64,000 nt of DNA, taken from the NCBI GenBank assembly GCA_015680685.1, contig MNCI01002011.1, forward strand, positions 380,307-444,306, read 5' to 3'. Below are positions 37,367-48,879 of this stretch, piece after piece. Origin of the DNA: Gnetum montanum. Lineage: Eukaryota; Plantae; Gnetophyta. The notes beneath the pieces are model-generated. The model was not told where the DNA came from. It made no database searches and saw nothing but the letters and a program-made list of their open reading frames with translations. Made by a program: the position numbers and the translations under genes. Positions within the stretch are counted from its first letter, which is position 1, and the number at the start of each line of letters is the position of its first letter.

Positions 37367-37851
37367 CTGTCTGCCCGTCTCTGTCTGCTCACACGGGCTG
37401 GCTGGCTGGCTGGCTGGCTTCCGCCGCCAGTCTGGCGTCATTTGTGGTCCATCCAGCGCATGCGTGCACTGGGTTTTTCTGCCTTTCTTTTTTGGGGTTT
37501 TTTTTTTTCGGCGGGGTGAGGGGACTTTTTTTTTGCGGTGGTTTCCCAATTTGCCACGCTTCTTTTAACGATTGCCGATTCTTTTTTTTTATTGAAACAA
37601 TAATAAGTTCGGCCCGCCCTGGTCCGGAGGCCACCGGCATTTGGCCAGATTGAGTTGTTTTGGAGGTGTTGTAATACGTTATGTGATGATTTTGCAAATT
37701 GTCTGCTTCAATTCCTCCTCGGCCATGTTGATGTTGAGCGCCCAAAGCTTTGAATGATATGCTGCTATTCACGGTTCCGTGTGAAATATTTTCGCTGAGA
37801 TATAATTCTGAAACCGTACGGGAGCGTGTCGGACCCGAAAAGAAGTTTTAG

Positions 37852-37972
37852 TTTTATTGCAATTAAAGGTGCAGCAATGACAACTTGAATAAGTCATAGG
37901 GTTAAAGGAATTTCTTTTATTGTAATTAAAGGTGCAGCAATGACAACTTGAATAAGTCATAGGGTTAAAGGA
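37852..37972. repeat. Tandem duplication, 2 x ~63 bp
   Basis: TTTTATTGYAATTAAAGGTGCAGCAATGACAACTTGAATAAGTCATAGGGTTAAAGGAA occurs twice. Confidence 0.9.
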
Positions 37973-38049
37973 AAGGGAAAATTGAGAGCATCGTGAATGA
38001 CACTCGGGAAACACCTTAAAAATAAACGAGTATTAGGGGAGGAACCCAA

Positions 38050-38600
38050 GTTGGGGCACAACCAAATGTCCGCACAGACTGGCTTGTTACAAAATAGAAT
38101 GACATAGAATTAGATGAGGCAAAGAGCTCTCAATTAAGGATAGAGAGAATTCCAATGGTGAATCCACATAATAAAAAGGGAAAACTTCCTTGCAGAGATT
38201 ACCTGGAACACATAGGTCTTTTCCATAGCTGCATCCTTTTGAGATTGCTTGTATGATGGAAAAGCTTTAGAAACCCACTGCCACACATGTTGAGCAAAGG
38301 GACATTGCCAAAATACATGGACAAAGTCATCTTGTCCACCACATAGAGGGCAATTGGGATTAGGAATCCTAGATATTCTAGACGTTTTCCAATAGGTAGA
38401 CCATGGTGGAGAAGACACCAAAGGAAATGCTTAATTTTGGGGAGGGTCGGAAGTTTCCAAATAAGTTGGAAGAGAGGGATCCAAAATGTTTTTGACTCTT
38501 GTTTGTGCCAATACTTATTGCAACGTTGAATGACTTCAGATGGGTCATGCATGAGATGAAAGGGGGCAGCCAACTCCCCATACAAAGTGTTAAACTCGAC
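38050..38600 (-). mobile_element. L1-clade LINE ORF2 3' fragment (zf-RVT)
   Basis: IWKLPTLPKIKHFLWCLLH and frameshifted CPLCGGQDDFVHVFWQCPFAQHVW. Confidence 0.85.
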
Positions 38601-39215
38601 CTATGAAATCCAAGTTGGGGTGTAGATATGATTAAACTTGACCCATGAAATCTAAAAAGTTGGGGTGTAGATATGATTGTGATGGAAGCATCTTTTCATT
38701 TTCTTGTAGGGTCTGATTTCGTTGTGTCACGCTCGTCAGGCCTCATGGATTGGGGCCTTTGGAAAAATGGTTGGTTTAGAATTTTCGCATAGGCCTCTCT
38801 TTCTGTGAGAGGTTTGCCATGAAGACTTCGGCCATGGTTTCTGGCCCATTTTCGGCATTGGTTCTGGGTCACGCACACTTTGTGTGTTGAATTTTGTTTA
38901 CAACGAGAAGAGGAAGTCCCAATTCTATAATGATAATCGAGTCACACACGAGCACTACGAAGAGCGTTCAATTCACTTTCAAGGTTTACATGATGCTATT
39001 GGGATGCCTTTTAAACGTGGCCAGATCCTTTTAAGAAAGAACAGCTAAATGTGCTGAGAAAATGACATGAGATGCAAAAATGGGTAATAGTTTCAGTTTC
39101 CTGGCACAAAGTGCATATATTATTTTTAATAATGTCTCAATGATGCGAACATTCCATAGACGTGAAGACCCTTCTAAGAATCTTGACAAGGAACAATTTG
39201 GAAAATTTTTTGTAG

Positions 39216-39322
39216 CAAAATTATGTATTGTATACTTTAAACAAGGTTTGATAACAAAATTATGTGCTGTATTGTATACTTTAAACAAGGTTTGATAACA
39301 AAATTATGTATTGTATAATTTA
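39216..39322. repeat. Tandem ~40-bp repeat, ~2.5 copies
   Basis: AAAATTATGTATTGTATACTTTAAACAAGGTTTGATAAC repeated. Confidence 0.8.
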
Positions 39323-40547
39323 AAGGGGAAATGGAGCTTGAATATTTCTACTGCTTCAGGTACATGTGGGCATGCTTCATCTGTAAGGTAGATGATTTGT
39401 ATACACGGAGAACTAAGTGCCTTGTGGAGTAGTCACTACAGCCCAACTTTTTTAAGTAGGTGATCAATTGCCGGCTAAATGATGAGTTGCTGGGTTAAAT
39501 TTCGTGTTATTAAAACTGGGATTTTTGAAAAAGTTAAAGATTTTTAAAATGATTGTTCGAACTTTAAAGGGCAACCCACCCAACTTGCCCACAACGAGTC
39601 CCTGGGATAAATATTTTTTTAATTTTGTATTCTTAAAACAGTAATTTTTAAAAAAGTTAAAGATTTTTAAAATAATTTGTTGTACTGAAAGGACAACCCA
39701 CTTTACCTTGCCAACATTGTTTGTTTCTGAGAATGTTGCAACCGGACATATTTACCAGCGGTTTGAATAATGCTGCAACCCTTGAAGTCTATGCCTCATC
39801 TTCAAGATGAAGATGATTTGCATAGGTAGAGAACCGGGCTTCCATTAATGTACGGAAATTATTTACATACATTTGAAACGAAACTTTTACTAATGCACTT
39901 TTTGTGTGAGGACCCGGTCGTCGAATTTGGACCGGACGAACGATTCCCACATATAGCAGTAGCTATCGAGGAAATTTAACTCCAAAGAATGCCCAGGTGT
40001 AGCAGTTGTCTTATTGCAGTGTTCATAGTCAAAGAAGGCTTGGAAAATGGAAATATGAGGTGGTTCTAACCAACGTAGTCAACGGAGGAGGGTTTTTGCT
40101 TTTTGAACGGCCTTGCAATTCATTGGTTAGGGTACCAGCAATTGCAATCGGCTCCAAAGGCTTGAATTTGACAGGGACGTTACCAATTTCGTTCTGGATA
40201 AGCTTTCATAATTGCAAAATTTGTCGTGAATATTCTAGTCGAAAATAAATTTGGCTTTGTTTCCTGCAATTTTGCGTCAGAAGCTTCGAGAGAATAAAAT
40301 ACAATGTATCCGGTGACATGTTAAAAAATTGGGAACTCCGGGAATCTTACTATACTGAGTAAATCTTATATGGATCGGATCCTACAACAGTAATCGATGG
40401 CGACCGAAATCTCTCCAATACCACCCATGGTAATTGATGGGCCCACCAATCTTTTTTGGACGATACCAACTCTTGAATTTTCTCAAGGCTGGCGGTGACG
40501 TACACACGAGCTTCATGGCCATACACATGATGGAAGAAGCAGAGTGA

Positions 40548-40866
40548 GGGCTCGGTCACATGTTATGGTTTTTTCACCATGGCATGGGTAAATATTTAAA
40601 GAAGTCAAATTGCCATCATCTATGTTATTTGTCACATACATTACTTTTTATTATGGCATGGTTTTTAATTTGAATCCTCACAACCCTCCCTACCCATACT
40701 TCCAGCCACTTGGAAACCATGTAAAATTGAAATTAATTGTGAAAGACCATGGCTTTGCAAAAGAAACAATGATAATTTGTGTGGCAGTTTGCAAGTGTAC
40801 GGCTTGGCTAGTCAAACTGCTATGGTTAGCTATGCCAACCAAAAACCATGACATGTAACCAAGCCC
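40548..40866. mobile_element. Tourist/PIF-Harbinger-like MITE
   Basis: 26-bp imperfect TIRs GGGCTCGGTCACATGTTATGGTTTTT / AAAAACCATGACATGTAACCAAGCCC; 3-bp flanks TGA and TCA (imperfect TSD). Confidence 0.7.
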
Positions 40867-41119
40867 TCAATATGTGTTTAGTTTTTAGTCGAAGAATTAA
40901 AAGTATTTCACTTGAGACTTACTCTTTCAGACAAAATTTCACTTACACATGCTCTTAAATACTAATTTTAACTCTAGAAACTTTAGTAGAGATCTATGTT
41001 TATTGAAATTGGAAATTGGAAATTTTTTTATTGCATTTAAGAAATCACAAAGGGTTTGTTGGACAATTACAAAGCTTTAGCATATTTCTGAAGAGAGTTG
41101 AAAACATCATTGATATGAT

Positions 41120-42690
41120 TGTAACGACGGAAAATGTTGATAGCTGGAAAAATACCAAACAAAATCTGTATACACAGTTTTAACCACAGATCCGTGCGAG
41201 GGCTGTGCTGGAGAAAACGAATCCGCAGTGCCCTGAACGGTCTTGTCGATCAGACAGGGACTTACTTAATTAGTAAATCGATGAAGATTATAAGTGTTTC
41301 GTGGAACGATTTGATTCGATAAATCGCGAAAGGAGAGGAAAATGATGTAGATAAATTGCAATAATGGCAACGTTAACACGACAAAGGGAACCAGATTTAA
41401 GAAAAATGCGTGATTTCAAGATCTGTACTTTGACCCGAAAAAACGAGTATTTTTGTATACAAAGTTACAATGGGAAGACTCTAATTACCTTGTGCGGAAC
41501 ATACACAAAACAATAAGAAAATTGTTCAACGAGGAGTACAGAATGGAGTTCGATCTACCTCGTAAGCCAGAGATGGGTTGCAAGGAAGGTCAAGCTCTGA
41601 CGTCTATTGATCAAATGTTTCTGATCAATGAACCTTACAAACCACACCAGATGATCTCTCGATCTTTGATCTGCTCTTTTTGCCTTCGGTAGTCTCTGCT
41701 CAAGGCTGCCACTGATTGCCAATGGAGAGAGTTGTGTTTTCGCCAAAGGATTGATCGCTCCTGTTGCAAGACGCTCAAGCGAAATGTCTTCTGTTTCTAC
41801 TAAAAGGTGATGCTGCCAAAAGTTACAGATGCTGCCCGGGGGTCCTTCTCTTCGTCAACTGGAGTATTTATAAGTTCGACAACATGCAGAGAAAGTATGG
41901 CCCCGATGACACGTGTCCCGAACTTTTAATACACCGTTGACCTAGTAAGCTTTATGTTGAAGTTGGCTACGTCACGTTACGTTTCGGGAAGGGAAGCGAA
42001 ATACGCTGTCGACCACTTCCGCCAAAGCTGCTTCGTGTGGATAGTAGATGCGTAACTGCTTTAGCCAGCTTTACGCTGTATCACACTTGCTTACGCTACG
42101 TCGCGTGGCGAAGCGTAATAGAGTATAGGAGTAGTTGATGTCAGCTGTTTTACGCTCATTTACACCGCAAAGCGTAATAGAGCGTAAAAATGGTCAACTT
42201 TACAACGAGTTACGCTTGTCCACGCTGTGTAGCGTAATAAGCGTAAAGCGACCAATCTGCAAAGAAAAGAAGTCAATCTACAACTTTTCTTTGTATCTTG
42301 ACTTTGTCTTCTTTGAAGCTCGTTACGCTGCTCTGCGTAACGAAGCGTAAACTCGGCTCTGAGCCAAAGACTTAGCCGAATATGCGACAAGTTTTAAGCT
42401 TTAAACTTCGTCAAAACTGGCGAAGTAAGTTGCTTTTTGATATCGGGCTACGCTAAACAGAACCACGCTGAGCGACATTACGCTCTGTTGCGTAATGCAG
42501 CGTAAAGAGAGAAAACAAAGTAAGTTTAAAATCTGTGAGAAACTCGGAGACTTGATGCTGCGCGCCTCTTTGCTTTGTTTTGTCTTCTGAATTGCTGTCA
42601 CAAGCCTCCGCCCGAATCGCGAATCTTCGCCTGAGGCCAATTCACGATTTCTACGGTGTTTCAATGATGCCCCAAGCAAATAAGGTCAAT
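41120..42690 (-). mobile_element. CpG-rich LTR-retrotransposon fragment (possibly Tat/Ogre-like) inserted in the LINE
   Basis: Candidate TG..CA ends (41120 or 41135; 42281); minus-strand CTTATAAATA ~41865-41874; dense TTACGC/GCGTAA array; no TSD found. Confidence 0.45.
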
Positions 42691-42816
42691 TTGAAAGAAA
42701 ACATTCAGCAATTACAATTCATATTATAATTCATTCGAATGTGAGCCAAAGATGGGAAAATAAAAAGATATGTTTTTCATCTTTTATGCTTTGTTTGCAT
42801 AGTTTTCATATACACT

Positions 42817-43805
42817 TGATGAGTGGCGAGGTACCCCTACACTCAACCATACGAAACGAGCGTAGCATGCGCGATTTGGTTGAACTTCGTAGACTAAATG
42901 CCTAAACGCCCCATGGAACACTTGGGGTTAATCATTCGTTGTTTTCCTAGACTTTCTTGTTGTTGTCACGATGTATGGTTAAGTAAGTCCGAGGTATATG
43001 ATTTTTTTGGTCTTTTATGATTTTATGTCTTATGCTAAAGGGTGAAGGGTTGAGAAACTAACTAACTCTAACTAAGGTCCTAAGTCTAAATTAACTAGCG
43101 TCAACATCCGTTTTCACTTACCGTACACACCCTGAACTATGCAACTATGGCTACCAAATGCTCATCGTTACTGGGATCACCACATGTAACACACGTGCTC
43201 GAAGTGGTCGTACTGAGGCACCTAACTAGCCCAAGCGTGATGAGCAGCCGATTCCTTGACTAGCCGTACACACCTGTAGATGCTCGTAATCAAGTCGTAC
43301 TCATCCCGCGTTCTAGGAGACAAGGGTGAGAGAACCTAATCGCGATGAGTAGCCGATTCCTTGGTTAGCCGTACACATTCGTCAATGCTCGTAACCAAGT
43401 CGTACTCATGTCGCGCTAATGCATGTAATAAATAACATGTAAGAAATAGAAAAATAATAAACCTATTCCATGCACTGCAAGGTTTATCCACAAAGCTCAT
43501 CTTTATTGCCGTACACAACTTGCATTTAGGTACAAAGCTGCTCGAATATAGATCCGTTCACTTGGGGACTCCTACTACGGGCACATGGAAAATATTCTAT
43601 CTCTGGAGTGACTAAACTGCCAGAGCTTCGCTACATCTAGCCTAGGATGAGAAATGAGGGGAGTGCCGCCTCTTATTTATAGATTTGGTGGCGGACCGCG
43701 ATATCTCGTACGCGATATCTCAGGAGATGACGTGATATCGTGATGGCCGTGATATCGCGTATGCGATACGCGATATCGCGGTGCATATGATATCGCGTCT
43801 CATCA
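42817..43805 (-). mobile_element. Athila-type solo LTR, TSD ACACT
   Basis: TGATGAG...CTCATCA; ACACT at 42812-42816 and 43806-43810; close relative of 61995-62838. Confidence 0.93.
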
Positions 43806-46800
43806 ACACTCTTCTCTCGATAAAGTGATCCAACAACTTGTCTCAATAAGGAAACGATGAAAGCTCATTCTTGCCCTAACAATTTGATTCCTTAAATGAA
43901 TAGGAATAGCCGAGAATAGATACTTTTGAGTACTAGATAACAAACCTTCTCTAATAGAATGTAAATAAAAATGCTTTTTTTCCTCAATGTGTTCAACCAA
44001 ACTTTAGCTAAGACCTTTTCTTTTATAGTCTTCTAGAAAAGCCTTTTGCTTAAAGAAAGATCCTTTGGTACAATATTCCATGGCTAAAGCCATAATTTTT
44101 CTTGATGCAACCATCCATTTTCTTGTGTAGTATTCATTATCTCCTTAGCATAATTGACTTCCTCCATGTGACTTAACTTTTGAGTATAAGCAATAAATTG
44201 ACAAAAGGTTTTAACTTCAAGAGGAAGCAAATCTACTTCTAAAAGTAAGATATCATAAGAATTTTGCATTTTCACTTGAAATTCACATACAAGAAACTAT
44301 TTTTGAACATGTCTTGATTTTTCTCCAATTATGTGTGGAAAGAGAAGGTCCCCATGCAACACACCCACACAATAATACAAGTTGGATAAGATTGTGAAAA
44401 ATGTTATTTTTTTTTTTTGATTTCTCATGTCAAAATTTGTTTCCTACTTCAATTATTTCTTAAAGTAAATTTAGTTTGCATTCCACTTGAAACCCTTTGA
44501 GCAATAAGGGTATTCCAACTATAATTACTAACAAATTTAACTCCCAAATATTTATAAGATTCACATATATCAAGTCTTTTGTCTCTTAGAAAAAAATTTG
44601 TAATTTCTATTTCTAGTACTGCAAACTAGAATTTCAGTCTTATCAATATTAGCTTTCATACCAAAATGGTTGCAATAGTCATGGAGAAGTATAATTTAAT
44701 CTTGTAGCTGATTTTGCAATCAAGGCCATATCATCTACAAAGAGAAACATGTTCAAAAATAATCCATTCACTGACATAGCATGAATAGACGTATTTTGCA
44801 TCCATTCCTCCAGTTCCTTCATAAATATGCCAAAAAGGATAGGAGACAAAGGACAACTTTTGTTTAACTCTAACTGAGCTGTTGATAATTGTTCCTTTTT
44901 TAGTAAGATTATCTTCAAGAAGAATGTTGACCGTCTCATAGATTCTTTTAGCAGTATAAAGGAGATCTTATGGAATGTTAATACTATTCAATCTCTTCCA
45001 AAGTTTATCTCAAGCAACAAAATCATAAGTCTTTGTAAAAATCAACAAAATAGATAAAAGTTGTATGGTTGGGCCTTTTATTTTCTCTACACAATAACAA
45101 AAAGTTATTAGATGGTCTGTGGTAAAATGATTCCTTTTGAAGCCTACTTGTGACTAAGCAGGAAGACCTTACATTTTTGACCATGACCTAATTTTATTCT
45201 CCAAGATAGTGCCCAAAAGCTTAGTGAAAATTGAAATAATTGCAATCCATCAATAATTATTAAGATTTGTCCTACTCCCTTTTTGAAAAGTAGACTACCT
45301 GACTAGAACACCAAGAGCGATCCAAACCATGCCAAAGCCTTTTATTAAGAAGATTGCAATTTGCTTTTCCACACCAATGGACCACCCCATTTAAGAAGGT
45401 TTGCATATAATCCATTAGCATCAACACGTTTTCCAAAAGATAACTTTTGAATTCTTGCAAAAACATCAACAAGGGATAACTCAAGAACACTAGAGTTATC
45501 TTGCATAGTAGGGAGAGGGGGGTGGGTGTGGTGGGTGGGGGGTGGGTTGGGGTGGTGTGTGGGGTGCTTTTTGATTAAAAAGGTTATTAAAGAAAGTTTG
45601 AATAGGAGATAAGCATGTTGCTGTGTGTCTTGGAGCTCACTGATCATTCTTTCCTACTTTTCTTTAATAAACTTCCTTTTTGTAAATTGAAAAAGCTTTC
45701 TATAATTCTTCAAAATTGAAATATCGAAATGTGAAGCTAAAACATCTTGAGAAGTTGTTAAACAATATATATTAAAGCAAGATTTTCTACAAGTAGACCT
45801 CTTTTTAATCTGCACTTGAGTAGCTTAGCTGTAGACAAAATAACATTAGTTATATTCAGTTTATTATCATTGACCAACATATTAGCCACTCTTATTTGAA
45901 AATCCTAACAAAGATCTTCTATGAGATGACCAAAGCCTAAAATTTTGGGAGTTAAAAATACGAACTCATTATTTCTAAGAAAATTGGAGAGAATTTGGGC
46001 TGGTTCAGTACTTCTTATGCGCGATTGTGTTCAGCCGAAAAATGCATAACCACGCTAAACACAACATTCTCGCACATTAATATACATTTTCAGCCAAGAT
46101 TCTTGAGGAATTAATTCACATTTTCAACGCTAAAAAAAAGTCCCAGCGCATCATGTGCGGCCTCTCAGTGGAAATAAAGTGTCTGGGAAAAAAAAATGGG
46201 ACAAATTTTGGGGTAAGAGGGAAAAAATTAGTTGGTACGATGATAGTAAATATCCCGTTAAAATTTTCTGACGTCGGTAAATAGTGGATACCAAAGCTAG
46301 AAGGTAATTAATGGCACGTTTCTCATCTTCTTCCAAAATGAAAAGACACAGTATATTCCATTAACAATGATGCAGATGGAAAGCTCATGAGTTTGAACGT
46401 AGACTCCCGGAATTTCAGGCCAAGAGCTGGTCTGCAAGTCTTCAAACATATACATGAATCAGCGGTACAAGTATGCTATTTCTGCCCTTGTCAGCCAAAA
46501 ACCTGACAGGGACTCCTTTGTTGAGTGAGTTGCAGACACGGTTGGAAGCTTAAAATTTTAATAGGCTTGAGTGCCACGCTTTCCATTTTGAAAGAAATTG
46601 TTAGAACCTGCTTATCTATGTTTACCAAACTGCATCTATTTTGTACATGGAAAACTATTCCGGTACAAAAACCAAAATTAAAAATAAGATTGTTTTTCCT
46701 TGACTTATTCTTAATTTTCTCGCAATAAGAAAGCAAACATAAAAAATAAGATAGTTTGTTACAGTAAACCTGCTGCAGACTTCATTGAGCCATGTTTCCG

Positions 46801-47234
46801 AAGAGAACCCTGATGCCAACTTAATTCAACCATGTATTTTGATATTCCTTGGAATTTTTAAGCATTTTTTGCGATGCATCACCCTTGAAAAATCAGGGTA
46901 TTGTACCATAACCGAAAACCCGGAAAAAGAAAAACTGTTGGTAAACAAATATAATCTCTGTTTTTCAAAGTTATCCTGATATCTTTCGGTTTCCGTTTCA
47001 TATTTCTCCTCTCTCAGAAGCGTTCGTCAAGACTGGAATTCTCGCAGCAGAAAGCGATGCAGTTTATGGGAGACTCGTGATTCCTGGCATTTGGACTTTA
47101 TTGATTTTGGAATTTCTGTCCTCTGTCAATAAAGTTGGCTATTAAATATTGTTTTCTAATTCTTAAAATTAATGTCGTACTCGGTTAACCAAGATTCGTG
47201 GCTTAGCCCACATGTTTCGAAACCAACCACTGTT

Positions 47235-47411
47235 TTTTTTGAATCGGCAAAATGAAAATGACTGGTTGGATTTGAATTTCCGTCAACCCACGTTGGGTCG
47301 GTATAGCTTTTATAATTATTTTTTTAATCGGCAAATGGTCATGATGAGCTGTTGGATTTGAATAATCGCCGACCCGGTTTGAGTCTGTATAACTTTTATA
47401 GTTGTTTTTTT
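47235..47411. repeat. Diverged tandem duplication, 2 x ~85 bp
   Basis: AATCGGCAAA...GTTGGATTTGAAT...ACCC...GTATARCTTTTATA occurs twice. Confidence 0.65.
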
Positions 47412-48447
47412 ACTAAAAAATATCAATGGCTTTGAAAGCGATTTTTGCCACCTTTTCCCGATTCGTGAAAGCTCTGAATCCGATGCTATATGTTTTCGGA
47501 CGGTTGAGACTATGATCGTAAGCTATGCATCAAAAGCATCTAATTCGTGGAAGCGAGAATGGAGGATTCGTGATTCTGAACGTGTTTGGTACGTGTGCTT
47601 CAAGAAAAAGTGGGACGGGTTCGTAGCTGAAGACGTGATAGAAAAAACTTAAATATATTAGTTTTTTAAAAAAATTAAATCTCATATATCATAAAAATAG
47701 CATTGCAGAATATAGAACAAGTACAATGTAAATCCAAAATATTGTTAATGCTTAAAAATTTCACAAAAGATTGCAATATCACCATTACACGGAAGCAAGA
47801 AAATTTGCAAAGGTATGGAGAGCATTGAATCCATTTCCTTACTCAACAACAAAAATGACAGCAATAAAATGAAACCCTTTTGTTACTCAATCCAATCTTT
47901 TCAAAAATGAAATTAAGCCTCAAGCCTCAACCAAATTTATGACAAATCATGTCTGTTAATACTTTTGTTCAACAATGACTTTTGATATGTCTGTTAATAC
48001 TTTTGTTCAACAATGACTTTTGAGTAATGCCATAGGGCCATGTTGAAGACAACCACATTATAAAAGACAACTTAACTAAACTAGGTAAAGACGAGTAACT
48101 CACCTCACCTACAATGATAAAAACCTTTCGAAACCTTTCGAACGAGGGAGAATTGGCACTAGTCATGATAAAGGAGAAATAAACAACAGAGCACTATAAC
48201 CAAACACATCGTAAAAAAACAGTTGAACAAGCATCCATCCGTCATCGTGTTCATGACCTATGACGATGACCCTGTTTTGTTTTGTTTAGCGGAGATATGA
48301 GAAAAAGAGCAAGAACCAGCAATGACCAATAAACATGCGTGAATGCGTGAGTCGTGGCGGAACCTTTGATATTCTTACTCCCTGTTTTCTGTGGTCTGTG
48401 TCATGCCAATGCCATGAATCTTGATTGCTTGCTGGCCCTTAACAATG

Positions 48448-48599
48448 AAATGAAGTTTCTGGGAAGATTCAGAGCAGGAGAAGTCACGTATGATTTTAAT
48501 GCACAATCAATGAAGTTTCTGGGAAGATTCAGAGCAGTTCAATGAAGTTTCTGGGAAGATTCAGAGCAGGAGAAGACAGGGATGATTTTAATGCACAAT
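48448..48599. repeat. Three copies of AATGAAGTTTCTGGGAAGATTCAGAGCAG
   Basis: Exact 29-mer at ~48449, ~48509 and ~48541; two copies are followed by ATGATTTTAATGCACAAT. Confidence 0.9.
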
Positions 48600-48879
48600 G
48601 CAGACATTGAGAACAAGGCAATAATAATAAGAGGCAGGGCAAGGCGACCATTTCAATAATGTATATGTACAGATTCAGACAAAATTTCATTAGAAATTAT
48701 GAAATACGTACCCATTGCGGATTTATTACGCTTCTGTACGCGCTCCCGAATCCAACGCGAACAGTTCATGAAAATTTATCTGGAATCGCGAATCTCCGAC
48801 TCATAGATCCTAAGTAATTATACAAAGTACGTGACCGAGTGATGGTGGTCGAAGGCTTGAAGCCATTATTCTGAAAATT

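Larger units (their letters stand above)
41005..45900 (-). mobile_element. Decayed RTE-like LINE interrupted by two LTR insertions
   Basis: RT motifs CPLSPILFGIFMKEL and FLFVDDMALIAKS (44679-44939); C-terminal ARMSFHRFLIET; flanks of the insertions align with the LINE at 48880-50845. Confidence 0.8.

Noticed and set aside
35874-37653. Long overlapping or antisense ORFs (411, 347, 193 aa) over the kinase
   Set aside because: Arg/Ala/Gly-rich shadow frames expected from high GC3; no domain motifs.
48450-48570. miR395-like 21-mer repeated three times, or a CRISPR-like array
   Set aside because: About 7 mismatches to miR395 with no star arm; spacers are irregular and related to each other; eukaryotic context with no cas genes.
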